Positions 23,021 through 32,800 of a stretch of 64,000 bases of DNA are shown piece by piece. Within the stretch, counting starts at the first letter, position 1; every line of letters begins with the position of its first letter. The notes below the pieces were generated by a model, which searched no databases, was not told the origin of the DNA, and saw only the letters and a list, made by a program, of their open reading frames with translations. The position numbers and the translations under genes were made by a program. Origin of the DNA: Hyaloraphidium curvatum SAG 235-1 (lineage: Eukaryota; Fungi; Monoblepharomycota); the NCBI GenBank assembly GCA_025558095.1, contig JAIVFI010000034.1:62001-126000 (forward strand), written 5' to 3'.

Positions 23021-24736
23021 ATGCACCCGTAGGCATCTCTTTCACCGGCCCGATGCGGTCTGACGTCGGCACATTCCCCGCCCTCGACGCGGCGACGCAG
23101 CGCGAAAGTCGCCCTCCGGGAACCGGACCGTCCCGCGATTATAATGGCCGGACTCGGCCTCGCGCCGGGCCAGACGCCGGAAGCCGTCACGTTCAGGCAG
23201 CTCGACGAGCTCTCGAACCAGCTCGCACACCTCTTCCGCTCCCGGGGCCTGAAGCGAGGGGACGCGATCACCATCTTCATGGGCAACAACGCGATGTATC
23301 ACCCTGTCGCGTGGGCTGCGCAGCGTTCGGGACTGCGGTTCGTCTGCGCGCCGTCGAAGCTGTCGGCCGAGGAGCTCCGCTACATGGTCGAGGACTCGGG
23401 GTCCAAGCTCGTCGTCGCGTCGCCGGAGCTCAGGCCGGTGCCGGACCAGCTGGCGGTCCTACTCGCGGGGAGGCCCGAGATCGATCTCTACATGGCGTTC
23501 GACGCGGACCCCAAGGCGCCCTGGAAGCCGCTGGAGACGGAGCGCGACCGGTTCCCGCCGACGCCCATCGCGGACCAGTCGGCGGGCCAGCCGATGCCTT
23601 ATAGTTCAGGTTCAACTGGACGCCCAAAGGGAATCCACCGCCTCCCGCCGCCTGGGGCCCCCGCCGAGCCTCCGTTCGACGGGATCAACCCGTCGGCGGT
23701 CACGGGGATGCGACTCTTCGGCTTCGAACCCTACAAATCCGTCTACATCTCGCCGGGCCCGCTGTACCATTCGAGCCCCATCGGCTGGACCATGGCCGTG
23801 CAATCCATCGGCGGCACCGTGGTCATCATGGAGAAGTTCGACGCCGAGGCGCTGCTCGCCCTCATCGAGCGGTACAGGTGCACGACGGGCCACTTTGTCG
23901 CCACGCACTTTGTCCGCCTCCTCAAGCTCCCGCAGGCCGTGCGCGCAAAGTACGACCTCTCTTCGCTGGTCAAGATATTTCACTCGGCCGCTCCGACCCC
24001 CGCGGACGTCAAGCGGGCGATGATTGCTTGGATCGGACCGAAGATACAGGAGTTCTACGGCGGTTCCGAGGGGATCGGGATGTGCTTCGTGCCGTGTGCC
24101 GAGTGGCTCAAGTACCCAGGGACCTGCGGAAAACCCGTCCCGCCCATGAAGGTGCACATCTGGGACGAGGAAGCGGACCGGGAAATCACCCAACCGGGTG
24201 TCGACGGCGTCGTGTACTTCGAGGGCGGTTCCCGCTTCGCATACCACAACGATCCGGAAAAGACGGCCTCGGCCGCCAACAGGCTCAGCTGGACGACGCT
24301 GGGCGACATCGGACACCTAAACGAGGACGGGTACCTCTTTCTGACGGACCGCAAGGCCTTCATGATCATCTCAGGGGGCGTCAACATTTATCCCCAGGAG
24401 ATTGAAAACTCGCTGGTGCTGCACCCGAAAGTCGCCGATGCAGCGGTCGTCGGGGCGCCGGACCCGGATCTGGGGGAGCGGACGGTCGCCGTGGTGCAGC
24501 CCGTAAAGTGGGACGATGCCGGGGAGGAGCTGGCGAGGGAGCTGGACGGGTACTTGCGGGGCAAGATCTCGCGGGTCAAGGTGCCAAAGGAGATCTCGTT
24601 CGCGAAGGAGCTGCCGAGGCAGGATACGGGGAAGCTTTTCAAGAAGGTGATCAAGGATGCTTACCACGGACGTGCCGACGCAAAGTTCAAGGGTGTGGTG
24701 CCTCAACGAGGGGCGGGAGCGGGAAGCAAGCTTTGA
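23021..24736 (+). CDS. Acyl-CoA synthetase (AMP-binding), bacterial-type, PTS1 -SKL; 8-nt first exon, intron 23029-23100
   Basis: Spliced start MHPAKVALREPDRPAIIMA; YSSGSTGRPKG, FYGGSEG, TLGDIGHL, MIISGGVNIYPQEIE, LPRQDTGKL; ends SKL. Confidence 0.93.
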
Positions 24737-24792
24737 AGAAGCAATACAAGATCGGTTCCATCGTGCTGCAAGAATGCCATCCGAAGATCTCA

Positions 24793-25463
24793 TCAGGCTG
24801 ATTTGGCGGCCGCCTCCTTCTCGGCCCTCTCCACCGCCCTCTCCGGCCCCTCTCCCAGGAAACTCCCCTTCTCCCTCCAGCACCTGCGCCCTCCTCCCCT
24901 CCGGGATCTCCAGCCCCGGCCCGACCCGGCCCCGCACGATCCGCAGCGCCGCCGCCTCGTCCTCGATCTCGCCCTCTGTACGAAAGCCGAGGGCGCGGAA
25001 CCAGACCATGTGAGGGCAATAGCCTTGGATGGCGTGCTGGAGAAGGAAGCCGAGGACGGTGATCGAAAAGAGGATCCACCAGCGGGACCAAGTGAAGGTG
25101 AACAGGATTCCTGGAAGGCGACGATGTCAAGCTCATTGCTCGGGCCCACCGAAGTGTACGTGCTCGCGATGACCAACCGGTAGCAGCCGCGATGGACGCG
25201 TTCATCATGAGCGTGCGCTCGAGGTCCATTCCTGGGCGAGCGAAGCCAGGTGCCTCGTGGCCTCGTCGGGCGTCGCTTTGGCCATGCTCCGCAGGCGCTC
25301 GACGGTGGAGTTGTTGACGGCCTCGTTGCTGCTCGGCCAGGCCTGGCGCGGGACCCGCCCTTGCGTGGTGGGGAGCTGTTTGACGGCGGGGCATCGGTGA
25401 CTGCTAGGCGGTCCGGAAAGGCGACGCGGAGCCGTTGAGCACCTTGGCTGCCGAGCTGGACAT
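24793..25463 (-). pseudogene. DUF2892/YgaP-like membrane protein with frameshift(s); intron 25111-25177
   Basis: LPTTQGRVPRQ...RHLASLAQEW/DLERTLMMNASIAAATG|ILFTFTWSRWW...GFLLQHAIQGYCPHMVWFRALGFRTEGEIEDE; EW-DLER requires one more G at ~25226; start and end uncertain. Confidence 0.6.
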
Positions 25464-25681
25464 TCCTTTTCCGTTTCAGAGCAAGAGCTGTTGGACTCGA
25501 CGAAATGCCGCGGTTATGCCGCCGGTCCGGTCGACGTGATTTGCGGAAGCCCCCTCGATTCGTTCGATTCGAGCCTCGTCACCGGTCGTCCGCGCACAAC
25601 AAAACCGTGGATGGGAGAGTATAGTATGCCGGGAGGACGGGCAGTGATGGTATGTGCGTGTAGAGAAGGATACAAATCAAT

Positions 25682-27393
25682 CTAGATCATCGACTGCACC
25701 CTGTTCTCGAACTTGAACGTGTTGATCGAGTTGCGCGCCGGAAGGTCCGCGAACTTCTTGCCCTCCTTGACCAGCCGCTCGAGCAGCGGCGAGGGGCGGA
25801 AGTCGTCCCCGTACTTGGCCCGAAAATCGTTCATCCGCTTGAGCACGTAGGGCAGGCCGATACGGTCCGCGAGGAACTGCACCACGGGGTCAGACGGGAA
25901 GACTTCGGCCGCACTTCGTGCCACCCACGGTCAGGCCACCCTTGGCCCGCGGGAACCCGTATCCGAGCAGCCAGACGACGTCAATGTCCGACGCCCGCAG
26001 CGCCTTGCCCTCCTCCAGGATCTCCGCCGCCTCGTTGATCATCGGGAACAGCAGCTGCTCCAGTATTTCGGCCTCCGAGAGCTTGGCGGACCCCGAGAAC
26101 CCCTTCTCGGCGCGGAACTTGGTGATCAACTCCTCGGTCACCTTGGATGGGACCGGCCTTCGGTCGGCCGTGTAGTCATAATACCCGGCCCCGGTCTTTT
26201 GCCCGCGCCGGTCCAGCTCGCACAGTCGCTCCGTGACGGTGCGACCGGCCGAGGTCGCTTTGTCCCACCCGATGTCGAGCCCGACGAGGTCGGCCATCCC
26301 GAACGGTCCCACTGCACGGGGGGCGGATCAGCGACCCCGACGGCGCTTCGCCACACGGGAACCCACTCGGCATGCCAAAGCCCATGAGGACCTTGTCAAC
26401 CTCCCACGGCATGATGCCCTCCTGCACCACGAGCCGGTGCCCCTCGCGCTGCCGCTGGTACAGTATCCTGTTCCCGATGAACCCGTGGCACACGCCGGCC
26501 AGCGCGGCGACCTTGCCGATCTTCTTGGAGATGGCCATGCTCGCCGCGACCACCTCGGGCGAGGTCTTTTCGGCCTGCACCACCTCGAGCAGCTGCATCA
26601 CGTTGGCCGGGCTGAAAAAGTGCAGCCCGATGACCGACTTGCGGCGGTCCGCCGGCACGGCCTTTGCGATCTCGTCAATGTCCAGCGCGCTGGTGTTGGT
26701 CGCCAGGATCGCCGACGGCTTGGCCACCTGCGCGAGCTTGGCGAACACCTGCTTCTTCACGGCCAGATTTTCGAAGATGGCCTCGATGATGAGGTCGCAC
26801 TCCGAGAGCTTCTCGTACTCCATGGAGCCCGAGAGCAAGGACATCCGCTTGACAACGTCGTCGGCCGTCATCCGGCCCTTCTTGGCCGTGTTCTCGTAGT
26901 TCTTCTGGATGACCGTCATGCCGCGCTTGAGGGCCTCGGCGTTGACCTCGACGATGACGCAGGGGATGCCGACGTTGGCGAAGTTCTGGCGCGGCGAGTC
27001 AGCGAGACTGGAAGCTGCCCGACGGTGGCCACCGACCATCGCAATGCCGCCGCCCATCGTCCTAAAAATGACGCATAATACAAGGAAGGAGAGCCGGTCC
27101 ACGAAGGCGAGAAAGGCGCGGGGAATGGTCAAGACTAAAGGTCGCGCCCGCAAGCATGTGACACCTCCTCACCCGGCTCCCAGGATGCCGACCTGCGCGA
27201 ATCCCGGGCAGAGCGGACCCGAAATCGTCAGTCCGACATGCTACCTTCCCGCCGCGCGCCGGGAACCCACCTTCTCGATCCTGGGCATGGCAATGTCCTT
27301 TGGAATGCCGGGCATGACCCAAGTTTCCTCAAGTGCTTTTTTGATGTAGGCGGCGGCCTCTTTCGGGTCCGGGTACGCGGAGGCGACGGACAT
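25682..27393 (-). CDS. 3-hydroxyacyl-CoA dehydrogenase (dehydrogenase half of bacterial-type multifunctional beta-oxidation enzyme), multi-exon
   Basis: Spliced KVGILGAGTMGGGIAMNFANVG; IIEAIFENL, ATNTSAL, GLHFFSPANVM, GFIGNR, MGPFGMADLVGLD, GYGFP. Confidence 0.92.
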
Positions 27394-27549
27394 GGTGGCA
27401 AACTAAATGGGCGAGCGGGTAGATGTGGGATTCGGCCGGGCCGCCGTCCGTTGGGGGGGCGCGGAGTTTGAAAGGGCGTCAACAAAGGGACTCGCGGGCC
27501 GCGCGGGCGCGCGCCGCGCTGCCGCAGCGCGGTGGATTCCGGCCCGGCG

Positions 27550-28395
27550 ATGCGCCTCCGCACGGCGCCCGTGGTCCTCCTCGCCGTCTCGGCAGTCCTC
27601 CTTCCGCGCACGGACGCCGCGGGGTTCCACGGGGAGGACGGGTCCGCGTCGCCCGCAGTGTCCCTCCCCGCCGGGCCGCTGTTCCCCCGCCAGGCGTGCG
27701 CGCAGGCCATCGAAGAATGCGCGCAATCGCTCAACGCATACGTGGAAAACTGCCTCTCGTACGCCTCGGCGGTCGAGCAGGGCGCCTGCGTCTGCTCGGC
27801 CGTCAACGCCGCGGCGACGTGCTACGCCGACTGCAACGACATCGCGAACCCCTCGACGGACTGCCGGGAAGCCTGCCAGACCTTTCCGCCGGCGCAGAAC
27901 AGGCTGCAGGAAGCGTGCAACGAGTACCCTCCCGGCATACCCTCCGCGGTCACGGGGGCCTGCCTCGCCGAGGCGCTCGCAGCCGCCGCCTGCGCGGCGA
28001 TCCCAGCGACGTGCCCGGCCGCGCTGGCGGCCCTCTTCGCGTGCACGAGGGAGCAGTTCGGCGCCGTGTGGGAGCCCTCGCGGCTCGTCACAGCCACCGG
28101 AACGAGGAGGGGCACGGCGACGCTCGTTGTTTCGGCCGTCCCGACGGAGGCGCTGCGGGAGGAACTGGCGTCTTTTCGGAGCCTGATGGGGCAGGCGACA
28201 GCGCTGGGATCGAAAGGGACCCCCGCGCCGACGCCGACGGGAGCGGTGACAAGGAGCGCGACTGCGGCATTGACCGGGGCATCGCCGACGCCGACGCCGT
28301 CTTCGAGGCCGGCCTCGGCAGCCTCTCTGAGCGGATCGCGCGGTCTGAATCTCGCCCTCTTGATGGTCATCCTGCCGATCCCCTGGGTGGCTTGA
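27550..28395 (+). CDS. Secreted Cys-rich protein, probable GPI/membrane anchor
   Basis: Signal peptide, many regularly spaced Cys, S/T/P linker, hydrophobic C-terminus LNLALLMVILPIPWVA. Confidence 0.7.
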   Translation: MRLRTAPVVLLAVSAVLLPRTDAAGFHGEDGSASPAVSLPAGPLFPRQACAQAIEECAQSLNAYVENCLSYASAVEQGACVCSAVNAAATCYADCNDIANPSTDCREACQTFPPAQNRLQEACNEYPPGIPSAVTGACLAEALAAAACAAIPATCPAALAALFACTREQFGAVWEPSRLVTATGTRRGTATLVVSAVPTEALREELASFRSLMGQATALGSKGTPAPTPTGAVTRSATAALTGASPTPTPSSRPASAASLSGSRGLNLALLMVILPIPWVA

Positions 28396-28671
28396 AGAGA
28401 CCTCCGTAAATCTCTATGCAGACGCAAAGCTGCGGATGGAGACAAGCTATGGAAATCAAACACAATTGCTCTGGTCTGCTTGCTTCCCGATGTCCCGGCT
28501 GTCCTCGCCCTCGCACGATCTCGAACACAGCCCCCAAGGGAGACAATGGGACGGGTGTCACGGTGGCGACTCGACGCTCCGGCGATTTCACACATCTCCC
28601 GAAGGACAACAAGAAGCCGACCTGCGCTTCCGCACCGCATCGTCTGCCGCTCCGCCATCAACCCACCGAAG

Positions 28672-29564
28672 ATGTCCAAGCCCGCGCTCCCGCCCGTCGC
28701 CACCGCCGCCGACTGGCAGGCCGCGCGCGACAAGCTGCTCGCGCGCGAGAAGCAGCTGACCCGCGAGCTGGACAAGCTTGCCGCGGAGCGCCGCCGCCTC
28801 CCGATGGTCGAGGTCGACGCGGGCAAGTACATCTTCACGGCCGAGGACGGCAGCGAGAAGAAGCTCGCGGACCTGTTCAAGGACAAGCGCCAGGTTCGCC
28901 CGTCCCATCCGTCCCCTCCCTTCGTGCCGATGCTCACTTCGCCGCAGCTCGTCGTCTACCACTTCAGCACGTTCCCTCTCCCCGCCCCTGCTTCCCCAGC
29001 TGACCCCTCCGCCCCGCCGCAGTGCTCTTCCCGGGCGAACCCCCCTGCGTCGGCTGCTCGGGCATGATGGACAACGTCGGCCGCCTCGAGCACCTGGAGC
29101 AGCGCGACGCGACGTTCGTCGTCGCCTCCCCGGCTGCGCAGTCCGAGATCGGGCCGCTCAAGAAGCGCATGGAGTGGGGCATGCCCTGGCTCGCGTGCCC
29201 GCAGTCGTTCGCCGAGGACATGGGGGCGGGCAAGAGCTTCGGCATCTCGGTCTTCCTCCGTGACGGCGACAAGGTGCCCATCGCGGCCTGATTCACCGCA
29301 TCGCGCTCACCCCCGCCTTCCGGCGCAGGTCTACCGCACCTACTTCACCACCCAGCGCGGCGCCGACCGCCTCCGCTTCGACTTCAACCTGCTCGACCTG
29401 CTGCCGTACGGCCGCGGCGAGAACTGGGAGGATTCGCCCGAGGGGTGGCCCAAGGCGTCGCCGCCGTACGTGTGGTGGGTTCCTTCGAGGGACGGCGGGG
29501 CCGCTCGCTGACGCATGTCGGCAGGTGGAACTACCACGACAAGTACGGCACCGAGGAGGCCTGA
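28672..29564 (+). CDS. DUF899 family thioredoxin-like protein (5 exons, one GC-AG intron)
   Basis: REKQLTRELDKLAAERRRLPMV, LVVYHFM, CVGCS, LLDLLPYGRGENWEDSPEGWP, WWNYHDKY. Confidence 0.9.
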
Positions 29565-29800
29565 CCTTCCGTACGTCCTGCTTCTTGTATCGTGCTTGAC
29601 TTGTCGCCCTCTTTTGAGCTCTGTCAATCTTTCGCCTTGGATCTGGACCGCCACCGTAAACGCCAAAACGCAGCAGTTGTAAGACGATCAACTGTTGAGC
29701 TTGTTGCAATTACAGTGCACTACTCAAAAGTCTCCAAGTCCGCATGTCGATTGTGTGTGTCGTCTGTATACGCCCTTCGGCGCTCCAACAGCCCCGGTCC

Positions 29801-32800
29801 TCACCCCTTCCCGAACAAGTACCCGGGCAGCTCCACGGGCTCGGCGCCGTGGCCGAGGCACCCGACGAGCGGCAGCACAACCTCGGGCTTGGCCCCCGGC
29901 ATCTCGTCCTGCGTCGCCGTGGCCAGGTCGAACGTGCTGTCGATGGCCGGGCTGTTGATGTCGACGGTGTAGCCGAGGTCAGCCAGCGACCTGACCGTGA
30001 CGACGCTCAGCGGATTGCCCCTGTCGCTGAGGAACCCCGTCATGAGCTCCCGCTTGAACGCGTCCTCCTTCCAGTGCGAGCACGTGGTGCCCGTCTGGTT
30101 GAACTTATCCTCCACGGGAACGTAGCCCAGCCCCAGCGAGTCCGAGGGGTCGACGACCGACAGGCTGGCGTTGGCCTGCGCGCCGGTGAACCGCGCCCCC
30201 GCGGGCTCGGCGCCGGTACCGATGTAATCGGAGCAGTTGGACGGCGAGAGCAGGCCGCGACCCTTCCAGAGGGTGCCGATGCCCAGGACGTGGCCCATCT
30301 CGTGCAGGATCAGGTCCTCGAGCACGCCCTGGCCGTACACGCGGTCAACGTCATCTGCGGGAAGGAAGCGACGAGGTTTCAGCTCGCGGCGGTGTTCGCG
30401 TCCTGCACTGCTCCGGCTCACCAATGTCGAAACGCATGTAGCCCGTCACGGGGACGGAGTTCGGGCGGCTGAGCGCCGGTCCGGCCTGTCCCAGCACCCC
30501 GAAAGGCCCGTCGATGGCCTCGACGGTAAAGGCGATGATCAGGTCGTCCACGACGGGGCAGGACATGACGTTGGTCCCGAGGTTGCTACCCACGCACGAC
30601 GCGAGCGGGTTGGGGTTCTGCGCCGCGGCGTTGATGTTGGAGACGTCGGCCGTGATGACCGACATCCACTTCTGCGCGGCCGTCACGAAGTGCGAGTCGA
30701 AGGTCTTGTTGGGGGAGCAACTGACTAGCTCGATCTGGAACGTGTTGGCGGCGGTCTTGCTCGCGTCCGCGAGGACGTAAGGCACAGGGAGGTAGGTGCA
30801 GTCGGCGCGGAGGATGGTGTTGCTGGGGTGCAGCGTCGGCGTGACCGTCATGGGGTAGCTCGTTATGCTCGCGGTCTGCGAGGTCGTGGCTGTCTGGCTC
30901 TGCGATTCCGACGTGGTGGCCGTCAAGCTCTGCGACTCCGAAGTCGTTGCCGTTGCGGAGGCAGATTCGCTGGACGTGGGCAACGCCTGGAGGAGCAGGT
31001 GAGCTACCTGTGCGATGCGTCAGCAAAGACCGGATTCACGCACCCCTTCCTCGGTCGCTGTTGCTGTTGTGCTCTCGACGTCTGCCGTCGTGGTCTGGGG
31101 GATCAGAGGTGAGCCTACCAGTACGCTGCGGCAAGACAGTGGGATCGGCGCACCTGTTCCTCGCTCACCGTCGGGGTAGTGACCTCGGCCGGGAAGGTTG
31201 GCTCCGCCTTCCTGATCACCACTCCGCCGACTTCCGACCAGTACAGGATCGATCGCTCGGCGTCGAAGGCCAGGCCGCTGGGGTACATGGCGTACGGGCT
31301 CACTTGGACCGGCGCCCCGCCCGAGCCCAACCAGGTGCTGACGGTGCCGTCGGGGGCCACGATCCGGATCCGCTGGTCCCACAGGTCCGGGATGTACAGG
31401 TTGCCCCACGAATCCTTGACGAGGGACCAGATCGCGCTGAACGAGGCCGCATCGGCGGGTCCGCCGTCGCCGAACCCCGCCGCTTCCCGTTGCCCCGTGC
31501 CGATAACCCGCACGGCGGCGCTGCCGTCAGCAGGCTGGCGGAGAACCCATCCCGCACCGGTTTGTTGGTCCGACACGCCGAGGAGGAGGGAGCCATCGGC
31601 CTCGGGGAGGATGTAGTTGATCCCCACCGGCCAGTCGAAGTTGGCGACAGTGGTTACATTGCCCGTGGCGGCCGAGACGCGCCGCAGGCGGGCGAAGACG
31701 CCTTGGGAAAAGGTCCAAGTGGCGATGTAGACGTCACCATTGGAAGCGACCGCCACCGCGCGGGGCATCATCGCCACGCTCCTGGGCGGCCCTGCTGCGT
31801 CCACGTCAGCGGGGAGCCCGTAGCCGGCAAAGGTCGTCATCGTGCCGTTCGGGAACACCTTGCGCACGCGGCCGGCTTCGGCAAAGAACATGTTGCCCTC
31901 GCCGTCGAACGCGCAGGTCAGCGCCTGATCGATGAAGGACCCGGTCGCCGGGCCGTCGTCGTATATCGGGCCGCCAGACTGGCCCGTGCCAGCAAAGAGA
32001 GAGATGATCCCCGTGGTCCGGTCGACCTTGCGCACGGCGTTGAAGCTGGTGTCCGGGAAGTAGATATTGCCCGCCGCGTCGAGGCAGAGGTGCCGCGGCG
32101 CCCTCAGCGAGGCGGACGTGGCCGGCCCGCCGTCCCCCGGGGGATCGTAGTTGTTGCCCCATTGGCCGGCGACGATGGTGACATGGTAGGCCGTCGGCTG
32201 CGGTCCCGGCGTACGAGTGGTCGTTGCGGTCGTAGTGGTCTGTAGAATCCGTAAGCTCCTTGCCCGAAACGGGGCGAATGACGTCCATCTACCTGCTCCG
32301 TGGTTGCCGTTACCGTCGTAGTCGGAATCGGGAAAAGAGGATCCGCCTTCCTGATCACCACTCCGCCGACTTCCGACCAGTACAGGATCGACCGCTCGGC
32401 GTCGAAGGCCACGCCGCTGGGGTACATGACGTTCGGGCTCACTTGGACCGGCGCCCCGCCCGAGCCCAACAAGGTGCTGACGGTGCCATCAGGGGCCACG
32501 ATCCGGATCCGCTGGTCCCACAGGTCCGGGATGTACAGGTTGCCCCACGAATCCTTGACCAGGGACCAGATCGCGCTGAACGAGGCCGCACCGGCGGGTC
32601 CGCCGTCGCCGAAGCCCGCCGCCTCCCGCTGCCCCGTGCCGATAACCCGCACGGCGGCGCTGCCGTCGGCAGGCTGGCGGAGAACCCATCCGGCGCTGGT
32701 TTGTAGGTCCGACACGCCGAGGAGGAGGGAGCCGTCGGCCTCGGGGAGAATGTAGTTGATCCCCACCGGCCAGTCGAAGTTGGCGACAGTGGTCACATTG

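Noticed and set aside
11239-29564. Secondary-metabolite gene cluster (oxidases, NAT, AKR, CoA ligase)
   Set aside because: No PKS, NRPS or terpene backbone gene and no cluster transporter; unrelated genes are interspersed
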